64,000 nucleotides of DNA from an uncultured virus (IMG/VR IMGVR_UViG_3300032282_004167) (lineage: Duplodnaviria > Heunggongvirae > Uroviricota > Caudoviricetes), in the IMG/VR virus record IMGVR_UViG_3300032282_004167. One strand, 5' to 3'. How positions within the stretch are numbered: position 1 is the first letter of the stretch; every line of letters begins with the position of its first letter. Below are positions 1 through 11,700 of the stretch, piece by piece. A program made the position numbers and the translations under genes. The notes under the pieces are model-generated. The model ran no database searches. It was not told where the DNA came from and worked only from the letters and a program-made list of their open reading frames with translations.

Positions 1-1572
1 AGTATAATTAGAAACCAGGCCATCATCAACTGCTCTGACACCAAACGTATAAGACGAAGACGCAGTTAATGATCCAACCGTATAGGATATTTGCGATCCA
101 CCAGTTATGTTTGCATTAATTGTTGTTGGGATAAAACCGCCGTCCATTATGTTGATTGATGCTAACTCATAGCGATCATTAAGTAGTGAATCCTGTTGAG
201 AAACGGTCCAAGTCAGTAGTGCGCCTTGTGTAGTTATATCGCTGGCGGTAAGAGTAAGAGGCTGGTTCGGTGTTGCTGGAGCAGTCGTGAAAGTAACGGA
301 GTGCGGCGTAGAACTTAAACCACCTTTATCGACCGCATTTATTATGATCGTATAAGAACTAACTTCGTTAAGATTACCTAGACTCAGATAAGGCGTTGCT
401 GAAGAACTATAGAATGATGAATTAACAATAAAATTGTCAGAATTTCTTATTAGCTTATAATTATAGTTTGGAGACGCTGGATCGTACCAGTACTGTGGAG
501 CTGTAAATCCTACTATTGCTGAACTAACATTTGTCCTCACCGTCATTGAACTGATTGGACGTGGTTTTCCGTTAGCAGTTGGATCGATATGTTGAACAGA
601 GCTTAACTTTCCGTTAGGCCTTGAAGATGCCGTAGTCGTAGATCCAGCTATTCTGTAGTAAACAGGTGTAGAATCGACTGAATGATCATCATAAAAATAG
701 CTATTAGTTGGATTATTTATAGTGCCAATTAAGAATTCGTCTAGAGCAGTGCTGCCTGGCTTATTCGTGTTTATAGCAGCCAAAGCTGTAGCTTTACTGC
801 CTACAGCCCTGTAAATGTATATTTTTTCCACAGAATTATCGTTTATCCAGCCTCCATCCCAAGACAATTTGATCGTCGTTGAAGAGCCCGCAGTTGTTGT
901 GGTATCAGTTACTGTCTCATCTACTAGAGCAAAAGAGCTAGGTGCTAATGGTGACACTCCAGTTTGCACTGCGGGTATCGTTACATCTGACTGTATCCAT
1001 AAATCACCAGGTATTGCCCCCGTCGGCGTTGCGTTTAAGATAAAGATTTTAGAAAGAATTCCTGTTTCTGCACTAATTAAGTCCGTATGCTTAAGGATTA
1101 ATGAGTCATCAATAGTTCCAACCGTACCTTCTACAGCTATCGTATACTCTGATGCATCGCCTGCAGAGTTTATCCTTCTGATTCTTAGCGTGTAAACATC
1201 GCCTTGAGATAAGGACTGCCAAGTACCATTAACTTTAACCGAAGAAAGTATGAACGAATTAGACTGTGTCACTACACCAACTAATGTAGAATCAGATGGA
1301 ATAAAGTTTCCGTTTCCAGGAACAGCGTGTATTTCGTACTTAGAAATATCTCCATCAGAACTTAAATCCCAATTTAGAATAAGTGAATTTATACCAGATG
1401 TTACAGTAAAACCAGTTGGCCTGTCTAGTGTCGTAACTGTATCAGATACTTTGATCAATAGTCCTTCTGACCATTGAGAACTAACGCCAAAACTATTTAT
1501 CGTTCTGACTCTTATGACGTACCTTTGATTAAGATCTAATTGAACTGGTATTGTTTTTATAATTGTTGCCAT
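1..1572 (-). CDS. Fibronectin type III repeat virion/tail protein (partial, runs off the window start)
   Basis: Not in the ORF track. ATG at 1572 reads MATIIKTIPVQLDLNQRYVIRVRTINSFGVSSQWS..., with repeated FN3 patterns (PTGFTV..LILNW, YTLRIRRINSAG, YTIIINAVDKGGLSS). Confidence 0.75.
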   Translation of the reverse strand, partial: MATIIKTIPVQLDLNQRYVIRVRTINSFGVSSQWSEGLLIKVSDTVTTLDRPTGFTVTSGINSLILNWDLSSDGDISKYEIHAVPGNGNFIPSDSTLVGVVTQSNSFILSSVKVNGTWQSLSQGDVYTLRIRRINSAGDASEYTIAVEGTVGTIDDSLILKHTDLISAETGILSKIFILNATPTGAIPGDLWIQSDVTIPAVQTGVSPLAPSSFALVDETVTDTTTTAGSSTTIKLSWDGGWINDNSVEKIYIYRAVGSKATALAAINTNKPGSTALDEFLIGTINNPTNSYFYDDHSVDSTPVYYRIAGSTTTASSRPNGKLSSVQHIDPTANGKPRPISSMTVRTNVSSAIVGFTAPQYWYDPASPNYNYKLIRNSDNFIVNSSFYSSSATPYLSLGNLNEVSSYTIIINAVDKGGLSSTPHSVTFTTAPATPNQPLTLTASDITTQGALLTWTVSQQDSLLNDRYELASINIMDGGFIPTTINANITGGSQISYTVGSLTASSSYTFGVRAVDDGLVSNYT

Positions 1573-1573
1573 A

Positions 1574-2374
1574 TTATAAACCTACTATTGCATTTATTGG
1601 TCCAGGTATTGGATAAAATTCTTCACCTTTGTCAAATGCTTCTATGAATTTTGAATATTCTATTGATACAATCTTTATTTTATTACTTGAAGAACTTGGA
1701 GACTTATTTCCAGTGACACTCATTCTTATGTAATGTCTTTCTTTTGACAAATCATTTTTTTCATATACTACTACATCTGATGTAGTTGCCGAATAACAAT
1801 CTATAAATATAGGTTCATTTTCGTCTAATTTTAACTCTAAAATTCCTTTATCAGGTCCTTTTTCTAAAGTTATCTTTACATTTATCCCCAAAAACCCTAA
1901 AGTTGCTTTTGCGCCTGTCGTAGTTGACTCTCCGTCATTCCAGTCTTCTCCAGGTCTAGAAAACATTATTCCTGAATTATTTTGTGGCGTAGCCTTAAGA
2001 ACATAAACTGATGACTCATACGTAGGTCGTAGTTGCCAATCAAATAATACATCATTTGCCATATATAAATAATAATTAGTATTTTCTTCAGTTATTTCTT
2101 CATAAGAATTGAATAATATAGTAATTAAATCTGTCTGCTGGTCATAAGACACCTGTCGACCTAAACGATGCCAGACTGGCGTTGCTTGGTTGCCAGAAAC
2201 GTATAGTACTTCTAGATCTTCAAAATTTTCTTTTACCTTCTTCAAAGTAACAAGTTTATCCTTGTCGATAAAACAATAGATTGGATGATTTGATAAAATA
2301 ACGTCATCAAATTTAGGTGTTATTTTTAAGTTTCTTCTTATTGGATAATGTATATCCCACCATGCATCTATCAT
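1574..2374 (-). CDS. Putative virion structural protein with a carbohydrate-binding-like beta-sandwich C-terminus
   Basis: 266 aa. GAKATLGFLG..VKI..EKGPDKG...LD....IDCYS...H.I...VTGNKSPSSS resembles a beta-sandwich module seen in tail proteins. Confidence 0.5.
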   Translation of the reverse strand: MIDAWWDIHYPIRRNLKITPKFDDVILSNHPIYCFIDKDKLVTLKKVKENFEDLEVLYVSGNQATPVWHRLGRQVSYDQQTDLITILFNSYEEITEENTNYYLYMANDVLFDWQLRPTYESSVYVLKATPQNNSGIMFSRPGEDWNDGESTTTGAKATLGFLGINVKITLEKGPDKGILELKLDENEPIFIDCYSATTSDVVVYEKNDLSKERHYIRMSVTGNKSPSSSSNKIKIVSIEYSKFIEAFDKGEEFYPIPGPINAIVGL

Positions 2375-2396
2375 ATTGTTCCTTGAATCATTAAAT

Positions 2397-4931
2397 TTAT
2401 TTGAGTAAATATGCTGCTATTTTTGCTATTTCTTCTTTGGTTAGCTCTTTATTCCAAAGACCTAAAGCGTGCAGTCTAATAACTGGTGTGTTTGGACTAC
2501 TGACTATAAATCTATCTGTTGTTAATATTATAGTATTTAAAGTTTGAGATGGAAGAGTTTGTATATATCCTTGACTAAAAGTACCAGTATTCAACCCATA
2601 TGAAGTTAATGTTACTCCATTCTGATTAAAAGACATAAACATTATTGCATCACTCATTGAGTGATAAATATCTCCAAAGTCATGCAGCGACGTAGATGTG
2701 TCAGAAAACATTTCTATATTAGTTTCGCTATCAGGAGTGTCATAAGTTACTTGTGTGTGTATAGTTCCAATGTCTACTTGATCTGTAGAGTTCAGTACTG
2801 TCAATATTCTTGCATTTGTGTTGATAGGATTAACTAAATTGTTGTTAATTAATTGTATTTGAAAACTTTCTGTTCCATTAGGTTCGCCATAATCACTTAA
2901 CGTCCAACCTTTATCCCTAGACATATGCCAAACTAGAGTAAAGGCGGTAGAACTGAAGTTATCAGTATTGATATAAATTTCAGCATGGTTTTCTAATAAT
3001 AAAAGTCCTTTACTATCAAAATCTATTTTACCACTATTGACAGTTACAATTTCCCCACCACTCAACCATTTTGATGGAAGTTGGGTTTCATTATCTCGTT
3101 TATAAAATCTAAAATCATTAAATAAACTTGAACTGTCTATTAATACTTGCGCTTCATCTGTCGCTTGAGCAGTTGGTATTGGTGTTATTTCAAATTCATA
3201 TTGAACTATGTTAGTTTTATCTACGTTGAAAGAAACACGAGCAGCTACTTTTGTAATCCCAGGAGGAACAATACTAACCACTTGATCAAGTAGTAAAAGA
3301 TCACTTGGAATTGTTGTAGAAGAATTAGTATTATCTACATTTCCATCAGTAACAGAATTATATTCTATATCAGAACCTTTTATTTTTACAGATCCATCTA
3401 AACCATTATGAGAGTGTTTTGACGGAATAATTCCATCAATTTTTACTCCTTCTTCTAAAAAGATATCACCAGTTATTTTAGAATTTTGTCCGCCACTTCT
3501 CAAAAGATATTGAGCATGCGCATCTGGTGTTTCGGTTCCTGACAGTAAAGAGTGAAGAGGCTGAAATACAGTATTTGCGATCATATTAGCAGACGTGTCT
3601 ACGGTCTCTAATGGGGCCGCATAAGATTGGAAAGCAGTGTTTATTTCTGTAGATGTTGAAGTAAACGAACCAGATATTTTTTTACCTAAATCTGATAATT
3701 GATCTATGTACTTACAGTAAGTGTCTCTTTGTCCTATATTCATCAATATATTTTCAATATTATCAGAATATAATTTATTTCTTTTAACTTGATCTGCTAA
3801 TAAAACTGTAAAGTTAGACTTTAAACCAGATAGACTTCCCTGTATTTCTGCCGCTATTACTGGTGTTTTTTGACTTGCAAAACTTGTTGATAAACTACTT
3901 CCAACTCTTCTTTGAAAGTTTAATGCTGGACCAAGATTATTATGATAGAAATGACTAGAAGGATCTTCCCAATTTTTATAAGTTTGACTTATTAGATCTT
4001 TTATGCTTGCATTGATAATATTTAATTTGACTTGAAAAAGAGCTTGGAGCTCTGTGGCTTTTTTCGAATCGAGTTGATCCACTTCGGATCTTGGGATTTC
4101 TGCTGTGACTTTTCCCGTGAGGACTTCCCATAAATCCTTCGCGTGCCCGAACGCATCTTCCGCCCATCCCTGAAAGAGTTCGATTGCCCTGAATTCCGCT
4201 GGATCATTTACATCACCAATATATACATTTAGAAATTCCTTTATTCTTTTAACTTCGTTACTTGTCATTAAAGCTAAGTGAGAGATATCTAATGCGTTTG
4301 TTCCACCAGGCCCCCTTACGTGGTCTTCATAATAAGTAGCGACATAATCAGCAGCTGCTGTTCCACTATGATGCTTATAGTACTGGTATTCCTTGAAGGA
4401 TATATGTCCCGGCATTGTTTTGGTCGGTATTGTTCCATAGTTTTCGTTGCTATTTAAATATGATTTTATCGATTCTCTTAAAAGAGCCATTGTGTCAAAA
4501 GATTCTTTTTGATTTGTATTAGGATTTATCCATTCATACTTTCCAATAGATTCATTAAACCATTTACTTCCACCAGTATAAATTATATTTGGATCTCCAA
4601 CCAAATACCTTTCTACTCTTTCGTCTATCGTTGATGGAAGCTGATCAGCTGCCTCTTGCGGAAAAGCGTGAATTCGAGCCTGAGTAAGTGTTGAATCATT
4701 TTGATCTACTCTCAACGCATAGCTATTAAGTTCAGATTCGCATTCAGAATAGACTTGATAGCAAACTTTTTCTAAATTATCTAATACTGATTTTAGGTAA
4801 TCTATATTATGATATCCCCCCTTGCTAACATAGTTAGATGTACTCTTGGGATTTGCAGAACTTATCCCAATAGTGGGTTTATACTCTAGATTAGGCCCTG
4901 AATAGGTTACATCTTTGAAGTTATTAGACAT
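2397..4931 (-). CDS. Large virion structural protein (hypothetical)
   Basis: 844 aa, abuts the terminase gene. Has an HSHNGLDG tail-protein-like motif and a beta-rich C-terminus. Confidence 0.45.
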   Translation of the reverse strand: MSNNFKDVTYSGPNLEYKPTIGISSANPKSTSNYVSKGGYHNIDYLKSVLDNLEKVCYQVYSECESELNSYALRVDQNDSTLTQARIHAFPQEAADQLPSTIDERVERYLVGDPNIIYTGGSKWFNESIGKYEWINPNTNQKESFDTMALLRESIKSYLNSNENYGTIPTKTMPGHISFKEYQYYKHHSGTAAADYVATYYEDHVRGPGGTNALDISHLALMTSNEVKRIKEFLNVYIGDVNDPAEFRAIELFQGWAEDAFGHAKDLWEVLTGKVTAEIPRSEVDQLDSKKATELQALFQVKLNIINASIKDLISQTYKNWEDPSSHFYHNNLGPALNFQRRVGSSLSTSFASQKTPVIAAEIQGSLSGLKSNFTVLLADQVKRNKLYSDNIENILMNIGQRDTYCKYIDQLSDLGKKISGSFTSTSTEINTAFQSYAAPLETVDTSANMIANTVFQPLHSLLSGTETPDAHAQYLLRSGGQNSKITGDIFLEEGVKIDGIIPSKHSHNGLDGSVKIKGSDIEYNSVTDGNVDNTNSSTTIPSDLLLLDQVVSIVPPGITKVAARVSFNVDKTNIVQYEFEITPIPTAQATDEAQVLIDSSSLFNDFRFYKRDNETQLPSKWLSGGEIVTVNSGKIDFDSKGLLLLENHAEIYINTDNFSSTAFTLVWHMSRDKGWTLSDYGEPNGTESFQIQLINNNLVNPINTNARILTVLNSTDQVDIGTIHTQVTYDTPDSETNIEMFSDTSTSLHDFGDIYHSMSDAIMFMSFNQNGVTLTSYGLNTGTFSQGYIQTLPSQTLNTIILTTDRFIVSSPNTPVIRLHALGLWNKELTKEEIAKIAAYLLK

Positions 4932-6814
4932 TAAAACATTTTCCTTTGAACAGATCTACTTCTTGATCCTCTTAAATCGTAAGACATACTTCTTCTCATT
5001 TTTATTGGAGCAGAACCTTCCCCCCATACGTCAAGAACTATGTCTTCTTCTTCCTCTGAATCAATATCAAATACTGGAGAAAATACATCATTTGAAATAC
5101 TCATAGCTCTTGAGGAGTATGTTGGATTTAATAGTTCATCATAATTATGAGCGATAGCAAAACATGCCAAGACTAAGGCATCGTGAGCGTGGTCCTTAGC
5201 TTGTCCGCTAGCAGCAAAAACTGGTCTGCCAGTAGATGAAGTTCTGACTACTACATATGATATTAACTGATAGTAAAGTTCTTCATCTTGATTTGGAAAA
5301 AGAATCATTTCATTTTCTAACATTTGGTATAAATTGTCAACCATAAAAGGTTTTAAATCTTTTTTAACAATTTGTTTAGTGAATGGATCACGAACTTCTA
5401 TAGTTTCTGCAAATTGCCAACCTTTTGTGGTTTTATGCAATTTTGTATGAGGATTTTCCATGCCATATTTATGTAATAATTCTAATTGAACTTCTCCAGC
5501 GCCACGATCTATATATATATGTTTTGGTTTAAATACATTATTTAATTCTATTATTCTATCAATTGCTGCTGTATATGTAAATTCACCTTTATTAATTTCT
5601 TCTCTAAAAGCTAATCTTATTTTGCCTGCAAATTTTTCATTTTCATGATTTTCATTACATACTTCTAGGACTACAATATTTACTCCAGCACCGTATTTGT
5701 CCCAGTCTACGCCAAACACAAAGAACGATCTTGCTGATTCCACCGTTGGATGATACTTCCACTCCTGCTGGAATGATAAGTCAACAAATTTTCTAGGATA
5801 AACACCTTCAACATCTTCGCCCCAATCTGCTTCAACTTCGTGTCTGTATGTTTGCTCATTGGGGTAGTCCATTCGCATTCTGGACTCAGTCTCTTTATCC
5901 CAGCCAGGGTTTACATAGCTAGGAAACCAAAATGAAGAAAAGCCAAAAGCTGGATCTGTATTCCATTTCCAAAAAGTATTTCTTTGTCCAGAAGGAGTTG
6001 ATGCGCCAACGAGCATTTTACGAACTCGTTTTTCTTCGTCGGTCTTCTGCAGCATTGCCAATAGTGCAACTAGGTCTTCTGGACCCATGTAGTCCATTTC
6101 GTCAAGGATAATAATATCAGCTTCTTGACCACGAGCCACGTCAGTTTTACCGTTAGATTTCATACCAGAAGTAAAAAACCTTACTGTAGACCCATTACTA
6201 AATTGAATTTCAAATTGTGGTGAAGTAACATGGCGAGTTATTGACTCAAAAACTACGTTATTTCTTTCGGCCATATTCATAACTTCTTCATAAATTAATC
6301 CTACTTGACTTTTCATAGGCGCTACGACTAGAATGCGCGCCTTAGGATTAACGTATGAATGCCACAGTATTAATACTGCTAAACTAAAAGTTTTACCGAG
6401 TCGACGCCCAAAACGCATTACTTTACGAGAGTTCTGATCCCTTAGCATTAGGGTCTGATAAACTCTTGGCTTAACATCTAATAAACTCTTTGCCCATAAC
6501 ACTGGGTCTGAAGCTATAAGTATTTGCCTTTGCTGATCTTCATTAAAGCCAGCCTTTGCTAAACTTCTATCAAAGATATAAGGAGGATCTATCAAGGTCA
6601 TTAATTCGTCATTATTAAGAGGTCTGCCATTTATTTGTTGACCGCTTTCCCAGTTTAAGTGGGAAAGTTTATGTTTAAATACATATTCAATTCTATTAAT
6701 TTGTTTTATATAAGATGGATTTTGTTCTTTTATTATTTCTAATAAATCCTGTCTAGAAAGTTTAGAAAGTCTTTCTTGAAAGTCTTTTACAGAATCCAAT
6801 AAATACATTGACAT
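4931..6814 (-). CDS. terL: Terminase large subunit
   Basis: Walker A GRRLGKT, Walker B IIILDEMD, motif III ASTP, nuclease motifs FGVDWD and DHAHDA. Confidence 0.93.
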   Translation of the reverse strand: MSMYLLDSVKDFQERLSKLSRQDLLEIIKEQNPSYIKQINRIEYVFKHKLSHLNWESGQQINGRPLNNDELMTLIDPPYIFDRSLAKAGFNEDQQRQILIASDPVLWAKSLLDVKPRVYQTLMLRDQNSRKVMRFGRRLGKTFSLAVLILWHSYVNPKARILVVAPMKSQVGLIYEEVMNMAERNNVVFESITRHVTSPQFEIQFSNGSTVRFFTSGMKSNGKTDVARGQEADIIILDEMDYMGPEDLVALLAMLQKTDEEKRVRKMLVGASTPSGQRNTFWKWNTDPAFGFSSFWFPSYVNPGWDKETESRMRMDYPNEQTYRHEVEADWGEDVEGVYPRKFVDLSFQQEWKYHPTVESARSFFVFGVDWDKYGAGVNIVVLEVCNENHENEKFAGKIRLAFREEINKGEFTYTAAIDRIIELNNVFKPKHIYIDRGAGEVQLELLHKYGMENPHTKLHKTTKGWQFAETIEVRDPFTKQIVKKDLKPFMVDNLYQMLENEMILFPNQDEELYYQLISYVVVRTSSTGRPVFAASGQAKDHAHDALVLACFAIAHNYDELLNPTYSSRAMSISNDVFSPVFDIDSEEEEDIVLDVWGEGSAPIKMRRSMSYDLRGSRSRSVQRKMF

Positions 6815-6853
6815 AACACATATCCTATCTAAGAATTACTTAACACACATAAA

Positions 6854-8095
6854 TTACCCAAAATGGGCATGTAATCCGCTGGCTTCACTGCCAAGAATTG
6901 ATCTTGCATTCAACTGAGAGTTTTGTATTGCCATTACACCTCTTTGCCTAGACGTCGCAGCTACTTCATTGTCCTTATATCCCATACCAAATATCGGCTT
7001 ATCTATTGATCCTTGTATGGATTTTACTGCCTGTAATCCAGTTTTAACCATGCTACCGATGCCAACACCAACCATATGCATTGCGTCTCTGACCAGTAGA
7101 GCTGTTCCGACCATGCTTCCGACCTCTAAACCTTTTATAGCATAGGGCGCAGCCTTTGCCAGCATCGATCCAGCACCTTCGCCAGCTAAATGCTCCACAG
7201 CCTTAAAGCCACCCTGTACTGCGGCCATATTGCCACCTTCACCACCAAGTTTAAGTGCCATTTGGGACGCATATTCAGTAGCAGCGTCTAATCCAGCAGC
7301 TCCCCTGCCTGCCATTTTGAACTCTTGAGCTACGTCTAAATAGCCCATGATTCTTCCACCTACTTTACTTCTTACGCCAGCAGTGATCCCCATACGTGCA
7401 GCCGTACTGTCTGCTGCTTCAGTCATACCTAGAGCTGCACCTTTTGGCCCTCCTATATCTTTAATAGAATTAAAAATTGCTGGTGCTTTTGCTTCAAACT
7501 TTTCTGCACTCATCATTGCAATTCTTCTATTGGCTGTAGCCCTGCCGAAAACACCAGAAGAAAACATTGGCATTGCATCGTGAGCTTCATCACCTATCGT
7601 AAGTGCTTTATTTAAATTAGAAACAAAAGGTATTTTTTTACCTTTCATGAATCTACCAAATACTGGCATTTTTTCTAATTCTCCAGAAGTGAACATATTC
7701 CCCAAATGCGCTAATTGAAATGGTGAATACATCTTTGCATCTGCAGCGTAGTTTGCAGAATCTATTGCAGCTGCCCTAGAAAATCTACGAAATCTTGAGG
7801 GACGTACGGTATTGCTAAAACCCTGCTTAAGAAAACCACCAGTACCTGCAGTTGATCTGAATACGTCCTCAAATGCTTTAGCTTCTCTTCCAAATCGACC
7901 GCTTCTATTTGCTATACGAGTTGCTCTTCTAAATTCTTTACTTCCGCCTAGCATTGTATTTTTAACTCTACCGACATTCCATAATGCGGTAGTTTTCATA
8001 CTAGGGACGCTCTCTAACACTTTCGCGAAGAATGGCACTTCGCCAGTTGATTCACCAAGTTGTGGCCCGATTGTTGGATCGCTATAGTCAATCAT
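6854..8095 (-). CDS. Gly/Ala-rich putative internal virion (ejection-type) protein
   Basis: 413 aa, Gly/Ala/Met-rich and amphipathic, in the terminase operon. Confidence 0.45.
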   Translation of the reverse strand: MIDYSDPTIGPQLGESTGEVPFFAKVLESVPSMKTTALWNVGRVKNTMLGGSKEFRRATRIANRSGRFGREAKAFEDVFRSTAGTGGFLKQGFSNTVRPSRFRRFSRAAAIDSANYAADAKMYSPFQLAHLGNMFTSGELEKMPVFGRFMKGKKIPFVSNLNKALTIGDEAHDAMPMFSSGVFGRATANRRIAMMSAEKFEAKAPAIFNSIKDIGGPKGAALGMTEAADSTAARMGITAGVRSKVGGRIMGYLDVAQEFKMAGRGAAGLDAATEYASQMALKLGGEGGNMAAVQGGFKAVEHLAGEGAGSMLAKAAPYAIKGLEVGSMVGTALLVRDAMHMVGVGIGSMVKTGLQAVKSIQGSIDKPIFGMGYKDNEVAATSRQRGVMAIQNSQLNARSILGSEASGLHAHFG

Positions 8096-8097
8096 GG

Positions 8098-8742
8098 TTA
8101 GCCCCCTTGCCTTGCGTTATACATGCCAAAAGCTATGGAACCATCTACTTGTGGCGCTTGATTAGCGTACTTTCTCATATTGACAGCATTTGCATTAAGT
8201 AATCCTGTCTTGCGTCCAGCCATTATCTTTCGACCGGTTGCCGTACCGCCCATCATTCCAGATATAGCACCTAGGCCAGCTGCAGCAGCAGTAATACCTA
8301 AGCCTATCGCTCCACGCCTAACTTTACCTAAAGCCGATGCTTCTTTGAACCCGCTTTTCATTAAGGCTGTAGCGCCAACAGCAGCTATTCCACCACCTAA
8401 TACGGCACCTGATATCGCTGCTGTTGGCGCAGAAACCGTTGGTCCTAACGTCCTGCCCTCTAGTATGGACATAGAGGAAAAGGGGAGAGGTGCCATTAAA
8501 TTCATTGGTGATACCTTTGCACCTAGAATTTGTTGATCAGCGTTGGGATCACCAAGTGTCACATCGTAAAATCCTCCACCGCCACTAGCACCTTTCCCGA
8601 TGCCAGAAGAAAGACCCTGAAGAGCAAAACCGCCTAGAGCTAGGCCTACCGCGCCTTTACGAAATCCCTTACCAAGACCCCTACTTGCACTTTTGCCCAT
8701 TCTTTTAAGAGCACTTTCTCCAACACTTTCAGCGATACTCAT
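8098..8742 (-). CDS. Gly/Ala-rich putative internal virion protein with glycine-zipper hydrophobic helices
   Basis: 214 aa. Segments AAISGAVLGGGIAAVGA and GAIGLGITAAAAGLGAISG. Confidence 0.45.
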   Translation of the reverse strand: MSIAESVGESALKRMGKSASRGLGKGFRKGAVGLALGGFALQGLSSGIGKGASGGGGFYDVTLGDPNADQQILGAKVSPMNLMAPLPFSSMSILEGRTLGPTVSAPTAAISGAVLGGGIAAVGATALMKSGFKEASALGKVRRGAIGLGITAAAAGLGAISGMMGGTATGRKIMAGRKTGLLNANAVNMRKYANQAPQVDGSIAFGMYNARQGG

Positions 8743-11700
8743 TATAAAATGCCTCCATACAATGCATTATTTCTATTATATGACATATTAGTATGACCTA
8801 TTCTAGCGTCGTTTAACTGTTGAACAGTATTAGCTGTTGAAAGTGGATCATACTTCTGATAGTACTTATTAATTCCCATTTGTTTCTTGATTTCTAGTTG
8901 ATCATCTATAGAATAATTAGACCCTCTTTCTGTGGGCATCTGTTCAAATGATTCATCAAATTGTTTATTTCGTTTATGTCTTTTATATAAAGCTAAAGCA
9001 ACTGCTCCAGTTACTAGTCCAGCTGCCCCCCTTTTTGCTGCTGGGCCGTATCTTTCCATTATTTCAAAAGCCCTTGTTGCAGCGTCTGCGCTTACCCTTG
9101 TTTTAGCTGCAGCGCGTCCGCCTGCCATAGCTCTCAGTGAAGGATCTAGTCTCTCTATCAAGCTAGATGCTTCCAGTGTTCTTTCAACCTGGCTACCTAT
9201 TTGACCAAAGCCAATGGCTGCGCCTCCTTCCAGGTCTCTGCCTATAGTCGCAGTAACGCCAGCAGTCCTTACAATCCCTCGGCCTTCCATCGTATCTGCG
9301 TAGTGAAAACCTATACCAGTCATGCTTTTGTCAGTTATATCGGCAGCGTCGTGTGATGTCATGTCTGCTATTGATTGTATTATTGTTTTTGAATGTTCTG
9401 GACTAGCTTGTGCTACCGCTACACCTTGTTCCAATTGCGTCGCAAGTCTTGCCTTAATTGCTTGAATTTCAGAATCTTTTTCTGAATCAGTTATCATTCC
9501 AGCTATATGTCTTTGATTTATGTCTTCTAGTTCGCCTTTTAATTCACTAAAATTGTCTTTAAAATGTGCTGATATTTGTTGAGTTTTTCTATCAAAACTT
9601 TTTACCATTGCTGGTTGACTAGTTGGAACAAGTTTACCGCTTTCATCTAATTCTAAGGCTGATATCATATTCTCATTTATCATATGTTCCATTAGTTCTG
9701 TATCTGTATTTTTGCCAAGTACAAACCTTGAAATTTCTAAATCGTTGCCTCCTTGAACTAAGCCCACTAATCTAGAAGATAAATTTTCAGCTTGTTGTTT
9801 ATTGAGATCTACTAATAAGTTGACACTTACTGCATCCCTTTTCAAAGACTCCCTGACTATACTTGGCCTTAAAGCAGCACCTTGGCTAAGTATCCCTTCT
9901 GACTCAAGGGTTCTGGTAGACATTGTGAATCTACCTGACTCAAATTTACCTGGATAATATTGAATTTTATCTGGATCAAAAGCAGAGAAATGTGACATCA
10001 AAAGATCTGAAGCAAACGGCGCAGATGCTGAATTTTGAACCAAGTCTGATGTCGCTGTTGCAACTGCAGATCCTAATTTCCTTTCTTCATGGGATAAGCC
10101 AGCCCATGGCATTCCTAGGTCTCCCATGGCACCTTGGAATGCATTCCAATCTTGAGGTACATTTGAACCGCCAGAGTATCCCATACTTGTATATAGGCGA
10201 TTTTTAATTCTTCTGCCGACAGTAGCTCTCTGGTCATAACTGAACCTACGGAATTCGCCCAAACCTTCAATCAGATTACTTTGCGTCAAGGTATTTCCTG
10301 CGCCGACGCTCAAATTTCGTGTTTCTAAAATCTCTTGTTCTACCATATTCATATTGAATGGATTTATTGACTGAGTTGACAATATGTTTCTTGCTTCGGC
10401 CGCCGCTTGTTTTTCATCTATAAGTCCATTACTTAGTCTTGAACGTATATCTTTTATTTGTTGAATTGCTTGTGGATCATTGAGTGTTGATTCATCAAGC
10501 CCAACATTTGCATTCGCTCTAAGCATCTTGCCTAAACTTAGATCTGATACCTCAGATACACCACCTACCTTAGTAGAAGGAACTATTGCTTTGGAAGAAA
10601 CAACCCAATTTCTAAAACTTTGGTCAGAAATAGAAGCTTTTCTTAATTTATGGTTTTCAAATATTGCACGTGTAATCGCTACGTCTACTTCGCCCTCATG
10701 GAGGCCTGCAGTATTCTTTAACCTCTGAATAACTTCTGCTTGTGATTCATTTGGATGTTCTTTTAAGTAATCAATTAAATTAGTTTCTAATAATAGATTT
10801 TCTACACTGAATGGTTTTAATTCGCCTCTTCTGACAAATTCATTTGCTACATCTACACCTTCTAGGTCAGTATTTGACTTGACTAAGTCTAGTGTATCTA
10901 CGATTTTATTATTAGAAATAATATCATTGAATAATTTATCAATTCTTTCTTTATAAGTAGTGTTTAAATTGTTATATTTTGAACTTTTGCTTATCTGATG
11001 AAAAATTTGATGTATGTCAAAGTTAGCAATATTGTGACCCACAATATAATCTGAACTTTCTAGTTTTTGTAAAAAGGGTTCTATATCTTCTGTGAATTTG
11101 TCTATCACATTATCTGTATCCATATTTAAAAAGTTTGCATACTGTTGTCCACCAGTAGCCTGGACGTGTTCTTCAAGAGTTCTACTTAGCCACTCACCAG
11201 TATTAGCGTCTTGATAACCGATTCTTCCTTTCCTGAAAGCAGGAGGCCTAGACAGTATGGACTCTACTGCTCCACCAGTCTGAGAGCCTACGATGCCAGT
11301 ACTATAAGCAACTTCTCTAATTTGTCCTTTCATTAGTCCTGCAGTTTCTATATCAAATATAGTAAAACTTTTTCCTGACTGAAGAGGAAAACTATGACCA
11401 ACTTGCGCTAAAGGATTTAATAACGCTTCTTCAGAAAAACGACGAATACTTCTTTGTCCAAATGTTAAATATTTAGATTCACTAGCAAATTCTGCAGCGC
11501 CGCTATATCCCGATCCTACTGGACTAATATACTCATTAAATTGCACATTCATATCTCTGTATATTTGAGTTAGAACTGGAACATTTGTTTCTGTAGGGTC
11601 TAACAAAAAACGACCATAAGCACCTTCTGCACTTTCGTACATCGATAGATGTGCTCTTACGCTTTCTAACCTATCTATTCTACCGCTATCTAGTCTGGCT

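Noticed and set aside
815..1477. Plus-strand ORFs 815-1195 and 1250-1477
   Set aside because: Antisense to the FN3 protein that occupies 1-1572 on the minus strand.
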